Assembly: GCA_951406725.2 (NCBI GenBank) | Contig: OX597816.1 | Coordinates: 34,596,001-34,660,000, forward strand | Length of the DNA stretch: 64,000 bases | DNA from: Octopus vulgaris | Lineage: Eukaryota | Reading direction: 5' to 3' | Part shown: positions 1 to 13,408 of the stretch, piece by piece | Layout: each line of letters begins with the position of its first letter | How positions within the stretch are numbered: position 1 is the stretch's first letter | Translations under genes and position numbers: made by a program | Notes under the pieces: generated by a model | Told to the model about the DNA's origin: nothing | Seen by the model: the letters and a program-made list of their open reading frames with translations, nothing else | Databases searched by the model: none

Positions 1-24
1 CACACGCACACATATCTATATATA

Positions 25-617
25 CATCGTTGGTCAAAAGTCACCTGACGGTAAATCAAAATCATTTAATTCCAAGATTCATATATACTCTTTTACTTGT
101 TCCAGTCATTTGATGTGGTCATAATGGAGCACCGCCTTTAGTCGAGCAAATTGATGCAGGACTTATTCTTTGTAAACCTAGTACTCATTCTATCGCTCTC
201 TTTTGTCAAACCACTAAGTTACCACTGTTGTCAAACGATGTTGGGGATCAAACACAGACATACAAACATAGAAACACACCTACACACGGGCGCGCGCACA
301 CACACACACACACATCGACTTAAGGCTATAGTAGAAAAAACTTGCCCAAGTTGCCACGCAGTGGAACTGAACCCGAAACCATGTGTTTCGTTAGCAAGCC
401 ACTCCTGCGCCTATTACCAGACAACCACTCCTACGCATATATGTTTAACAATTGAATGAGACTTCGCTAATAAGCAGACACATGTTGAAAAAAAACGGTG
501 ATTTTAACACACAGTATTCGATTATTAAACATTCATAATTGGAATGAGCAAGTAAAATTGACTATTAAGTATTTATGGAATCTTGATTTAATGTCGGGTG
601 ACTTTTTGGCCAATCAC
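25..617. mobile_element. Tc1/mariner-type MITE interrupted by the SINE at 87-411
   Basis: Imperfect TIRs ttggtcaaaagtcacctgacggtaaatcaa (30-59) and ttgatttaatgtcgggtgactttttggccaa (583-613), with TA at the left end. Confidence 0.6.
87..411 (-). mobile_element. Older, internally deleted copy of the same SINE
   Basis: Contains ctcttttacttgttccagtcatttga, ggagcaccgcctttagtcgagcaaa and agccactcctgcgcc. Confidence 0.8.
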
Positions 618-2460
618 TCCGTGTGTGTGTGTGTGTGTGTGCGTTACATAATTCGATCAGTTTCTTTGTCCTAAATCCACTCAAAAGATTTGGGATGTTT
701 TAAGACAAATGCCCAAATTGAGATTTGGCTATGTAGTTGGGAAGCAGGCTTTTTAACGCACATTCCTGTGTGTTTTCTTTTGACGAATTATAAACGTAAA
801 CTTTATAACATCAAATAAACACAAAACACAGCTAAAAAAAGCTGTTAGCCACATAAAATACTAAAAGCGACCAGAAAATTGATACATTAGACTTCCACCG
901 AGATGCGAAATCCAAACTTCAAACGAAGGTTTAATCATAATTTCTTTGTGTGCTGACGCCACCCGAGAATTAACCAATCGAAATGCTTTGCATTGAAACA
1001 CCCCGTGAAGGAAAGAGCGAAACATATTCCAGGTGATGAGAAGTCAAGAAAGAAAACAAACAATGTCCTCTTTGAATCAGACGAACAGAAAGATAGCTAA
1101 CAGTGAAACAGAAACAAATCAATCTGTCAAACAAATGACACCTTCAGACACTCAACCTGACAAAACGCTAGACTACTGTCGGAAAATGACAAGTCAAATG
1201 AACGTATATAAAACGAATATTTTATCCATGCAGTTAGCCAGAAACCACAATGGTCGACCGACGGACAGAAACAAAGAACTACTTCAGTAAGCGTCCAATT
1301 TGGACTTGAAATTATGTCTTGAAATCTATATAAATAATGCAATATCAAATTGAAAAATACAGCAACGACAATTTTTGAACAAGTGAACAAATGAATAACT
1401 CTAACCCACAGCAAACGACAAAGCTGGTAAATAAGTTTTTTCATTTAATTTTAAATATTTATCATATGTATTTCTAACTTAATTAATTTATATAAAACTT
1501 ATAGAACATTTAAATTGCTATCCTGTATTATTCCTATGCATTTTATCAAATGCATTGAACTTGTATATTATTCTATGGTTGTAAAATATATTGAACACTA
1601 GAATTCCATCGTGTAATTTTGCTATGAAACCTATGGAACGGTTTATCGGTTTAAAAAAAGGATGTTTTATATGGGTTCCTTTTCTTCTAAATTTACAAAT
1701 TACTTATCAGTTCCCTATCATTGAAAAATAGAAACATTTTCAAACTGGTACGGTTGATTCAGAAATTAATTAAAAGCCCCATGTGCATTTCCATTCCCGA
1801 ACCAACTTCCTTATACATACAAACATGAATATGCTACTAGAAATCTCACACACGTATATATACGCGCATACATATATCTAGCTATCTACCTATCTATAGA
1901 TGGATGAATAGCAAGCTAGCTAGATAGGTAGATAGATATGCATGTATATACAACCTGAATTCTATTTCAGAAAGATACAATTGCAATTTTCACTCAAGAG
2001 ATCCATTGCAACATCAATTATACCGGATTTGCACTCTTTTCGGTGTTTATGTAGGAAGAGTTTTAATTTAGTTGAGGTAGATTGGAATATGTGATATTTA
2101 TATACAATATGTGATATTTATATGCAATGTATATTTTCTAAATTCCTAAAACTTGCATCAATCCTTGAAGACTTGCTAAGCAGTTTCACATCGTAATCTA
2201 ATTCAGTGCTAGTGATTTCTATTATGCACGTTCATCCTTGTAGTAAATAGTATTTACATTACTAAGGGATTCACTTTCTTCCGCTTTGTTGAATGATTTA
2301 AAAACAGGACAGGGTATGTCAAATTTATGCTTGTTGATGTCTGTGACTTTCTAATGGCTTCGTTTATTTTGGTATATTTCAGTAATATTATTTGAACAAT
2401 TGTTTGGCTATACAAATAAAATTCTCAATTGAGGAACGCGGTAGTGTCATTATATATATA

Positions 2461-2746
2461 GTAAAGGGTAAAGACCCCCTTCATTATTTATGATCGTAGG
2501 ATTGTACCTAGAAAGGTCTCCTCCAAAGCACAGGCTGAGCAATGTTGCTTATAGAAGGCCAGCAATCGCCCATGCGTACTAGCCTTCTCCCTCTACGTCA
2601 GCGACATCATCAGCTGAATGAACTGGACCAACATGAAATAAAGCGTCTTGCTCAACAACACAAAACAAAGCCCGGCCCGGGAGTTGAACTGACTACCTCA
2701 TGATTGCGAAACCGATGCTTTAATCACTAAGCCATGCGCCTTCACC
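2461..2746 (-). mobile_element. Diverged copy of the 57149 SINE family
   Basis: The reverse complement reads gtgaaggcgcatggcttagtgattaaagc..ttgagcaagacgctttatttcatgtt..ttcattcagctg. Confidence 0.75.
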
Positions 2747-2798
2747 ACTAATCACTGAGCCATATATTTCTGTGCGGGTATGGATGCGTGTATTTGTG

Positions 2799-2829
<31 letters not shown>

Positions 2830-3124
2830 TCGAAATACTTTCGAATAGGGGTAATCCCTTTCCAAGCTAAACTCCACTTAATGACATGCGATGAAAATTC
2901 ATTTGTCTATCCAGTAATAGCAAAGGCATAAATGTATACGTATAGGTATGTGTGCGTGTGTGTGTGTGTGCGCGCGCGTGAATATCTGTGTCTGTGTGTG
3001 TATGCGTTTTTCCTCTTGCTCTTGCTTCCGCCTATCGATGATCTTATATGTACAAAGAATTTCATCTCTGGCCGAAATTAAATTTCTTTAGAAAAAGAGT
3101 TCGCTATACGTTTTGTTGACATAG

Positions 3125-3157
<33 letters not shown>

Positions 3158-3462
3158 TCTATATATGAGTGTGTGCGTGCGTCTGTGAGTGTGTGTGTGT
3201 GTGTGCATGTATATATATATATACGTATGGAGATCCTTTTGAATCTATATACTTATACAAGGAATGCTTTTTTTCCTAGTTAATAAAACAAAACATCCTA
3301 AATTTTGGGGTATGCTCAGTTTTTAAATTATTCTAATCAGCATTTACTTATTTTGTTTTGAAAGTATATAGTTATGCATTTACTTACCGTCGTCATGAAT
3401 TCTGAACTGTAAGTGTATTCCTTTTCTCATCCATCCACACACACACACACACATACACACTA

Positions 3463-3546
<84 letters not shown>

Positions 3547-3547
<1 letters not shown>

Positions 3548-3797
3548 AAAAGCAATAAAGATTCAAGTCAATTTTAATGAATTTACTTGAATATGGTACC
3601 TAACTTAGATGCACCAAAAAACTATACGGTTTTAACAATACAGTAATGTGGGGTGATTATAAGCGAGAAAGAAGCAACAAGAATGGATAAGTTTTTAGTA
3701 CAATCGTTTCATACAAAGACAGGCAACTTTTAATAAAGCCTGTCTTTGTATGAAACGATTGTACTAAAAACTTATCCATTCTTGTTGCTTCTTTCTC

Positions 3798-3798
<1 letters not shown>
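3547..3798 (-). mobile_element. Penelope-like terminal fragment with a perfect 61-bp fold-back, inserted in (TA)n
   Basis: Arms 3664-3724 and 3738-3798 are exact reverse complements around a 13-nt loop. The arm contains the hammerhead 3' half GAAA-C-gauu-G-U-A-CUAAAA. (TA)n lies on both sides. Confidence 0.7.
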
Positions 3799-3852
<54 letters not shown>

Positions 3853-6596
3853 TAAACTCGGGGATAAGAGACCATTCACGGTAAAACATGTAATAAAACA
3901 CAGTAGTAGAGAAAGTATTCATGTTATTAAAGGTAGGTGTTTTTATTTTAAAGTATTAAGCGTTTTTTTTTTTTTCACTGATTTTCCCAACAACGTCCCA
4001 GCCTAGATCGTCTCATTGTTTTAATCTTATAGCCATTTTGTATAATTTGTTGTTTCTCGCGCAACAATTAATTAGGTGCGAAACTGAGTTCAATATATCT
4101 CATGGTATATTGTTTGTTGGCCCATCAATATTATTCAAGTAAAAGCTGGTTAGAATAAGCAAACAGAACTTGCGAATTCGAAATGTGCTTTCAATAAACA
4201 TCCTACATTTTATCATTAACAATAGTACTGATGTCGCTTAGAAAGTTTAATAATAGTATGATTCGATATCATAGTAGTAGAGATTCGATCTATATTAAAA
4301 TATATACCCCTTAAAACCTGACTTTATAGATTAGTCAAAAGAAACCATTAATTGTATTAAAGGCGTCTAAATATTTGATGCATCAATTCTAAAGTAGAAT
4401 TGATGTTTTATTCAACTTCAATTTCTTGTTATGACCTTTGAACCGAGATATTATATTGATGTATTAGTAATTCTCACACAGACAGTTTAGTATCTGGCAC
4501 CATGCCGCCAATACAGACATTGGTTTATTGGTCTGTTTCTGTGTTTTATAGACCACCACTACTTGAAAACTTTACAACTCGCTGCCACATATAACAAACA
4601 GTAAACTGACATTAATAAAATAAATGCTTCTAAATGTGGTAGAGTTTGAGTATATTACAGTCTTTATTTATGCATTCTTTTAGGAATAAAATGATTAAAA
4701 CGCAGACATTTTTACCTTCTCGTTATATTGTATTGCTATAAATCACTTCAGAATAACATGTAAATTGTATTAAAGTGGCGAGTTCATCTATAAGTACCAA
4801 TGTTTACCTATATAACTTCATGAAGCCGTTCAGAAATGATATCACTCAGATATATGTATATTTATTCTTCTGTTTTCTGTGAATTAATATAATTGCGACG
4901 ATTAAAATTTAAATGCAAATCATTGGGTTCGAATATTTCCTATAAACGTTTTCTTGTTTCACATAAATGTGTACACGTAAAGATTTATGCATCATTCATA
5001 CATACAGGCAGTCATACATATATGATAGCTTCATCGTATCATGCACGCATAACAACCAGTGAACGGAAAAAAGACAAATAGACTGATGCTCGAATGCGAA
5101 GAACATAACATTATGAGAATAGGTAAGGAGTCTTGAATAGGAACTCTGATAGTATAGGTGTCCCCAACGAACAGAAAGTCGCTGGACTGAACTTCTTTAA
5201 CAAATACATGCCTCGTTTACATGTAGCCGAATGAATCAACAGCATTATATATATCTTAGATTATCTGGAAGTAAATGCTGATTGCTACTATTATGGTTGC
5301 GGTGAGGAATATGAAAACCATGGTTTAGTGAGAATTATGCGACCAGAAATTGACTGAGGTGACTGAATGCGTTTAATTACGAATCAGCAATTCGTTAACA
5401 CATTTGGGATATGAAAGATGGGACGACTGTTCGGGTAAGATTTGTGAAATAGCTGTTCAGTTCACACGTACGGTGCGATTTCAAAAACTAAGACGCTTTA
5501 AAGTGGATGGCAGTTAGCGATTTCAACGAGGCATGATATTGGTAGCTTCATTGCACAAGACACATATTCAGACATATAAGGGAAGGCACTGCCGTATTTT
5601 GCTGGTTTGTTTTGCTTTTTGGCTTCTGGTTTTGTATATTATATTATCATTATGCAATTTAGCTTTTAGGATATGTGTTCTATCTGTATTACATTCAACG
5701 TAATTCCTCTGTGGATTTCATGATATATCATTGTTCTTAACTTGAATGGTATACTTTTCATTTCGTGTAAAACGTTTGCCAATGTTTGTATTGCTTGTAT
5801 TGAAAAGCCTCCGCCATCTATTAGCAGTTACTTAGTCATATATTTGCAGTGGTTTTCACGGCATTTGGAGTGATGTGCAGGGTCCATTTCCGGCTGTTAC
5901 TTTGTCTGGGTTGTTTGATTTCTGATTTGTTTCGGCAGTTTTGAATAAGTCGATTATTTTCCCCTTACTAATGCTTGACTTTTACTCTGGCAAATTGTTA
6001 CTGCATTTACAGCGATTTTTGTCTTCTTAATATCATGCTAAGATTATTTAGATATCATTTAATGATATAACAATAATTGAAATCTGACACTCATCAATCT
6101 TATTACTCCGTAACGATAACGAAGGGCAACGTTGCTCCCGATATCATGAATAGATCAAAGTAAGCATTGTAGCACCAACATATAGGTATGTGTTTGTGAC
6201 GTAATCATCCAGCTAACTGAATTGCCCCGAGTCCATATAGACAGAGCATAAACTACGGTGGATAGCTTACACTTTCTCAATCATTGAAATTATATCCCGC
6301 TGCATGCCAAACCGCGTTATCTATAGTTTTTCTTCCCTTGTGTCTTAAGATATTTCATGCCTTCTATGTAATAAAAGATTACTATTTTCTAGTAGTTTCA
6401 CGAGATTGAAAATATATTCCGCAATTCCAACAATATCTTGGTCACATGTTGGTTGCTCGTTCGAGTGAATCTTTTTTTTATCCTTTTTTTCTTTTTTGCA
6501 AGGTTCAGTTCTTTTTGAGGACATGTGTTCCGATTAATGTGTTCAGTTATGGAAGAAACCCAAGAATTTGGAACAACGTTATTTATTGGAGCCATA

Positions 6597-6800
6597 ACTC
6601 TTTTACTCTTTTATTCTTTTACTTGTTTCAGTCATTTGACTGCAGCCATGTTGGAGCACCGCCTTTAGTCGAGCAAATCGACCCCGGGACTTATTCTTTG
6701 TAAGCCCAGTACTTATTCTATCGGTCTCTTTTGCCGAACCGCTAAGTGACGGGGACGTAAACACACCAGCATCGGTTGTCAAGCAATGCTAGGGGGACAA

Positions 6801-6833
<33 letters not shown>

Positions 6834-6999
6834 CATATATACGACAGGCTTTTTTCAGTTTCCGTCTACCAAATCCACTCACAAGGCATTGGTCGGCCTG
6901 GGGCTATAACAGAAGACACTTGCCCAAGATGCCACGCAGTGGGACTGAACCCAGAACCATGAGGTTGGTTAGCAAGCTACTTACCACACAGCCACTCCT
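6597..6999 (-). mobile_element. tRNA-derived SINE (abundant Octopus-type family)
   Basis: Minus-strand head aggagtggctgtgtggtaagtagc..gggttcagtccc with box A/B-like motifs, an internal (TA)/(TG) tract, and a tail ggcggtgctccaacatggc..gaaacaagtaaaaga plus (gtaaaaga)n-like repeats. Confidence 0.9.
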
Positions 7000-7394
7000 A
7001 TATCCTTGCAAAATAGATATTTTAGGTTAAGTAATTGTCATACTCTAGCGCAGAACACGGTGTAAGTTGAGTTAAACATCGGTTGTCAAGCAACGTTTCC
7101 CAAAATTTGGACAACCATCAAGTCTAACACAAAGTTACTGTTTCCGGGCCATTCATCCCTCCGTCGTGGTTTGATTTTGAGGCTGTTGGTACATTCATGT
7201 TTGCTGCCAGAAGGTGTTTGTTGTACTGCTATGAGTGGTACTGTATGGCTGTTTTGGTACTGGCAGATCTCTGACCTGTTCTTCGTTTTTGACTGCACAT
7301 GCAAATTTTATTAGCTGACCTTCAATATTGATTGGTCGGATACATACCCGCATACACACAGAGACTCACACATACACATTTGTTTTTGTATTTA

Positions 7395-7892
7395 ACAACA
7401 TGAAATACGAAAACAAATGATTTCAGTGTTCAGTACGCAAAAAACAAGAGAAACAAATGGAAAACTGGACAAGTAACACAAAGAACGACCATTCATTAGT
7501 CGTCTGCTGTCTATCTAATCCTCACTTCTAGCATTGAATGACAATGATAGTGTAAAATAGCGAACGCTGCAGAAATATTTTTTTGAAAAGCGAACAGATA
7601 GAAGAGAGAGAGAAAGAGATAGAATAAGGCCAGATCCTCAGAACAGTCGTGAAGGAAAACAAAGATGATCCCTTTAGGAAAAGAAACATAGATGATGGTT
7701 ACGTGTGGGCAACGAGACAGAGAAGAAAGGAAAGAAACTGGAGAGAGAGACAGATAGAAAACAGTGAAGGGAGAAGAAGAGAATTAGAGAAAAGGTTAGG
7801 GGGGAGAAGACAGTAAAGAGTAGAGTCGCATCAAAATGATTAAGACAAACTTACTTGGAAATGGATGCATGATGTTCAATCAAACAATCATA

Positions 7893-7961
<69 letters not shown>

Positions 7962-9245
7962 GACGTGACTAACAGTAAACAACTTGAAATACGAAAGAAA
8001 ATGAGTGCATTAGGCAATCGACGAGAGAAACAAATGGAAAACAGGACAAGTAACACAAAGAACGATCCTTCATCAGTTGTCGGCTGTCTATCTACTCCTC
8101 ATATCGAGCAGTGAACGACAATGTGATTCTTCGAGGAGGGTTGCGCCTATAGGTATCAAAATAAAATTTTAGATATATGGAGGGTCAAAATTGGGAAATA
8201 AACAGGACAATGGAGACATACAAAGAAAAAAAACGGACACAAACGTGGAGGGTCGTTAGAAAAAAAATGAGTGTAAAATAGTGAACACTGGAGAAATATT
8301 TTCTTGGAAAAGAGAAAAGATAGAAGAGAGAGATAGAATACGTTCAGTCCTTGGGAATTTGAGAAGGTAAAGAAAAATGATAATGTAAGGAAAAGAAACA
8401 AGGACGATGGTCGTGTGTGAGCAACGAGAAAGAAAATAGAGAAAGTGGAGACAGAGAGACACAGAAAACAGTGAAGGCGAAAACACGGGAATTAATGAAA
8501 AAGATGTGGGCAGAGAACAGTATAGAGTAGACTCTAATCGAAAAGATTACGATAAACTTACTTGGAAATGGATACGTGGTGTTCACTCAAATAATAATAT
8601 AAATAATATATATATAGTGTGTGAGAGAGAAAGAGAGAGACAGAGAGGGACAGAGAGAGAGAGAGATACATATACATATGTATAAATGGGTATAGGACGT
8701 CACCAACAATAAACAAAATATATTACGAACAGAAATTTGTTCAATACGCAAACAACGAGAGAAACAAATGGAAAACAGGTCAAGTAACACAAAGAATGAC
8801 CCATCATCAATTGTTAGCTGTCTGTCTACTCCTCATTTCGAGGAGTGAACGACAAAATGAGGCTTTGAACAGAGTTGCGCCCGTAAGTGCCAAAATATAA
8901 TTTTGGATTTATGGGAGGGTCAAATTTGGGGGTAAAATCAGGACAGTGGGGGCATAGAATTAAATGGAACGGAAACAAACATAGAGGGCGATAGACAAGA
9001 CCGAGATTAAAATAGCAAACGCTGAAGAAATACTTTCTTTGAAATGAGAACAGTTAGAAGAGAGAGATAGAATACGTCCAATCCTTAGGACAGTCCTGAA
9101 GGAAAATAAATATGATCACGTGAGGAAAAGAAAGACGGACGATGGCACATGTGAGCAGCGAGAGAGAGAAAAAGAAAAAGATTAAGAGAAACTTACTTGA
9201 AAATCGATGCCTATCGTTCAATCAAATAATAATGTAAATTATATC
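7395..9245 (-). repeat. Three tandem diverged ~0.55-0.65 kb units separated by (TA)n (7395-7895, 7959-8605, 8693-9245)
   Basis: Shared blocks: gagaaacaaatggaaaac.ggacaagtaacacaaagaa, gctgtctatctactcctca and aaacttacttggaaatggat. The body is purine-rich on the plus strand. Confidence 0.85.
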
Positions 9246-9260
9246 TATATATATTTATAT

Positions 9261-9472
9261 ACGCTTTTACTCTTTTACTTGTTTCAGTTATTTGACTGCG
9301 GCCATGCTGGAACACCGCCTTTCGTCGAGCAAATTGACCCCGGGACTTATTCTTTGTAAGCCCAGTACTTATTCATCGGTCTCTTTTGCCGAACCGCTAA
9401 GTGACGGGGACGTAAACACACCAGCATCGGTTGTCAAGCAATGCTAGGGGACAAACACAGACACACAAACAA

Positions 9473-9511
<39 letters not shown>

Positions 9512-9674
9512 CATATACGACAGGCTTCTTTCAGTTTCCGTCTACCAAATCCACTCACAAGGCATTGATCGGCCCGGGGCTATAGCAGAAGACGCCCAAG
9601 AATCAACGCAGTGGGACTGAACCAGGAACCATGTGGCTTGTTAGCAAGCTACTTACCACACAGCCACTCCTGCG

Positions 9675-9676
<2 letters not shown>
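9261..9676 (-). mobile_element. tRNA-derived SINE, same family
   Basis: Near-identical to 6597-6999 and 31650-32072. Confidence 0.9.
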
Positions 9677-9716
<40 letters not shown>

Positions 9717-9720
<4 letters not shown>

Positions 9721-10263
9721 CATATTATGTAAAATCCGTTCAGTCTGTCTGTGTGTGTGTCTTCTAGGATCTCGGGCATCCTCCATCCAATTGCGCTCAA
9801 AGTTGATATGTAGATACCGACGGGATCACGGTAGGTATAAGTCTTGAAAACATTACAAAAATCTATTCCAGGTGAGAATCCAATCGATAAAACCATAGAA
9901 ATGTGCATTTGTACGCACAAGTACACCAGCTGTTGTGATCGAGGCCACGCGTACGCGAAAACATGCACGTGCAGTTTGCGCAAAAAAAGCCCGCCGGCTT
10001 GAAATAACGCCACAAAATGCAGCATATTTAAGAGACGAAAAATATTAGATACACAATAGATATTTTCTTCAAATTTGGCATGAAGGAAGGAAAGACTATT
10101 TGATTTCTCAAGATGTTCTTTTTTGCCTTAACTTCGTTTAGCAAAACCCAAAATGTAATTGAAATATAGGCATGCTTAATTATTTTTGAATGCAAAGCAA
10201 ACACTGATTGCTTTTTATTCAGCAGGTATGATTCAGCACCATCCATTGGACGTAGGTGTTTTG

Positions 10264-10310
<47 letters not shown>

Positions 10311-10546
10311 TCGAACACACGTAACCAAGTTATGTGCTTAGCCAATTCGTGGTCTAGCTGATTATATGATTGAAGGTACGAATGAAGTAGTTCTTTTGCC
10401 ATCACTATCTTACTTCCATACCATCAAGTCATCGATATAATTGAATCTATACATGCAACTTTTCTGGAAAGAGAAAAAACACCTGAGTGAGAACGTAAAG
10501 GAATTTTGACGTCTATATTTTAGTTGTCACTACGGGCATCTGCTGG
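9717..10546 (+). mobile_element. Possible non-autonomous Helitron
   Basis: 5' AT-rich start followed by gtctgtctgtgtgtgtgt, and a 3' end acgggcatctgCTGG|T. The subterminal hairpin is not convincing. Confidence 0.35.
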
Positions 10547-11870
10547 TTTCTGTTTGCGATTGTCCGCTGTTATCTTAGTGGCACTGTTGTTTCGGGAATT
10601 ACACGATTTTAACATAGTAATCTATGGTTAAAGAAGCTTCAACTAAATTCATTAGATGAAATTCATTTTCAAATTGACGCATTGAAAATTTGTCTCTGTA
10701 TATTTTTCAAAAAGAAATGCATAACACATTTTAGTGGAATTTGTTACAGAATGCAGTTTAATCATTATTTTATTTTGCTAATTTTAATAGAACTATATGA
10801 TGTTCTTTTATAAATATCATATCCTGCATCATATACGTGTATGTACTTTATTTGGGAATCATCGGCGACTGTTTACCTCTATATCAATTTTGATTTGCGA
10901 GCAAGGTCTATAATTCGCACTCATATACTTCAATATTACTTCAAACGTAAGAATTTGCCATGCATTCATGTTTATTGAAAGTTTTTGCATATACAAAAAG
11001 AGTACCATAATATAAATATATAAAAGTGTAACATAATATCAATATATTCTATGCACACTTTATATTTTGCATCCGATATTACACCTAGCGAACTACATCT
11101 GTCCAAAAGTTTTCTTATGATTTGCTTACTGTTCTAAGATAGAGTTACAAATAGAATAAAATGTACTTTTATATGTAATTGCTTTTGAGTGTAACGTCGC
11201 TTTACATAAGAAGTTCTTCAAAAAATTCTGAGATGCATTTGGTTTCAGGATATTAGCAATCACCAATGTAATGTAAATTATAGTAATTCTTGAACGTCAC
11301 ATGCTTAATTCCCGATTAATGCTTCAGGAAATTTTCAAGAAAAGGATAAACGTCTTCCTTATTGTCGAGTTATTGACGCAGAATTTTCATTCCATTTTAT
11401 GAGCGGGGATAGAACGAATCGACTTTATAAGGGAGAATGTCTAATCGTTAGTGCCTATGAGAAAATTGCAAGTTTTCATTATTGGGAATTACTCTCGATG
11501 ATCTATAAATGTTCACTGAAGTGAAATAATGGGCATTGTTTGTATCGTGGGAAATCATATATAAAATTCACAAAAACACACAGAAAAATAGTGAATAGTG
11601 AATATTAAGAAACCAATTGATAAGCTGCATATTTTGTTGTGTAGCATATTTCAATAATGGCATGCTGAATGTTGCGTTTCACAAGGTGACAATCGATAAG
11701 GAAGAGAAGAAAATATGCTATACTGGATTTTACAAAAGCAGTAGAGACAGGTTTCAAAGAGTATCGACCTGTGGAGGAATATTGGCAGTTTAGTGAAAGT
11801 ATTCATATTTTCTCTATAGGCATGAGTACCAGAAACAGGGAAGTAATTTTCCATGAAAAATAGTTGTAGC

Positions 11871-11913
<43 letters not shown>

Positions 11914-12013
11914 TAGGCATATACATATATATATACATATATAGGCATATATACATTTTACACACATATACGTACATACTAGCATATATATATATATATG
12001 CATATATACGTAC

Positions 12014-12720
12014 GGGACGTCACAATGCGTGAACAACATGACATACGAAAACATGAAATACGATGGCAACCTTTTTTTGCGAACAAGGAGAGAAACAAAT
12101 GGAAGATAAAGCAAGTAACATAATGAACGACCCTTCATCAGTTTTCGGCTCTTTATTTACTTCGCATTTCGAGCAATTCACGAAATATGTACCTTCGAGA
12201 AAACAGTTGCTCCAGCAAAGCAAAATAAATTTTGGGATTTTGAGGAGAGTCAATGTTGGTTACAAAAACAGGACAGTGAAACAAACAGTAAGGGCTGCTA
12301 AGCGAGACGAGGTAAGGTGGCAAACGCTGAGGAACATGCTATGACAGGAGAGGAGACAGATAAAGATACGTCTCGTCTGTGCAACAGACCGGAAGTAAAT
12401 AAAGATAAACACCTGTGGGAAAAAAGGTGAACGATGGTCACGTGTGTGTAACAAGAGAATAAAGTTGGATGAGGGAGAGAGACAGACAGAAAACGGTAAA
12501 GGGGCGAAAAAAGAATTTGAGGAAGGATGTATGGGAAAATAACAAAAGGGAGAGAAGTGGAGAAAAAAGCATTAGAGAAAGTAAGAGAGAGAGAAAACGG
12601 AACGGGTGAGAGAAAGAGAGAGAGAAAGAACAGTACAGAGATGAGTCACAACAAAATTATTAAAATTAACTTACTCGGAAATGGATGCGTGGCGTTCATT
12701 CATATAATAATATAAATGAA
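12014..12720 (-). repeat. Fourth dispersed copy of the same ~0.7 kb unit
   Basis: Has the same start (ggacgtcac), gagaaacaaatggaa, cccttcatcagtt and end (aacttactcggaaatggatgcg..ttcatt) before (TA)n. Confidence 0.8.
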
Positions 12721-12809
12721 ATATATATATATATATAATGTGACCTCGTGTGTACCGTTGGTGATGTTTTTCCTCTGTCTTCACTTCTCTGGATCTTTCC
12801 CTCTCCTAT

Positions 12810-12844
12810 GTTTCCGACGAAGAGCTCCGCTCGAAACATTAAAC
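12810..12844 (+). ncRNA. Degenerate minimal hammerhead in a short (TA)n-flanked Penelope-like terminal fragment (12737-12942)
   Basis: GUUU-CCGACGA-a-GAGC[ucc]GCUC-GAAA-CAUU-AAAC. U4 is replaced by C, and CAUU stands in place of palindromic CGUU. Confidence 0.6.
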
Positions 12845-12939
12845 CCTCCTTCTTCCCTTCTTTCCTGAGCGTCCAATAATACTATATTTGTTCCACGTCC
12901 TCGCATTGTTGTGTTATTTTGTGTTTTGTTGTTTGGATC

Positions 12940-12985
<46 letters not shown>

Positions 12986-12987
<2 letters not shown>

Positions 12988-13374
12988 GTTTTATTAAAGA
13001 ATTTTTAGTAAATTCAGTCCCCATGTATTATACTTGGTATGTTGATCATGGTAGTTTTATTTTTATTTGGGTATTGTTTGTAGCCATATATACGTATATG
13101 TAGATGTTTAGGAGGGTGTCCGTGAATATGCATGTGCATGGGTGTGTGTGCATGTGTGCGCGTGTACAAGTGCATGTGTAGACGTGGGAGTGCATGAGTG
13201 TTATGTAAATGCGTGTGCTTGTGTATGCACTTGTATACATGCATGTTTGAATGTGCGTGAGATTGCACCCGTTTGCGTGTACACACTCATATATACATAT
13301 AATAAATATTTATTTTTTATTTATTTGTGAATGTGTGTATTTTTATATATATGTGTATTTGATGATATGTGTGA

Positions 13375-13408
<34 letters not shown>

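Noticed and set aside
1033-1290. 85-aa S/T/Q/K-rich ORF as a gene
   Set aside because: It is short, low in complexity and has no recognisable domain. It is more likely a decayed retroelement ORF1 region, which I cannot classify.
5100-6595. Possible decayed LINE
   Set aside because: The composition is coding-like on the minus strand, but I could not read diagnostic RT or endonuclease motifs.
6776-7030. ORF recurring with similar peptides at 151, 9611 and 31839
   Set aside because: The similarity comes from antisense translation of the same SINE, not from a gene family.
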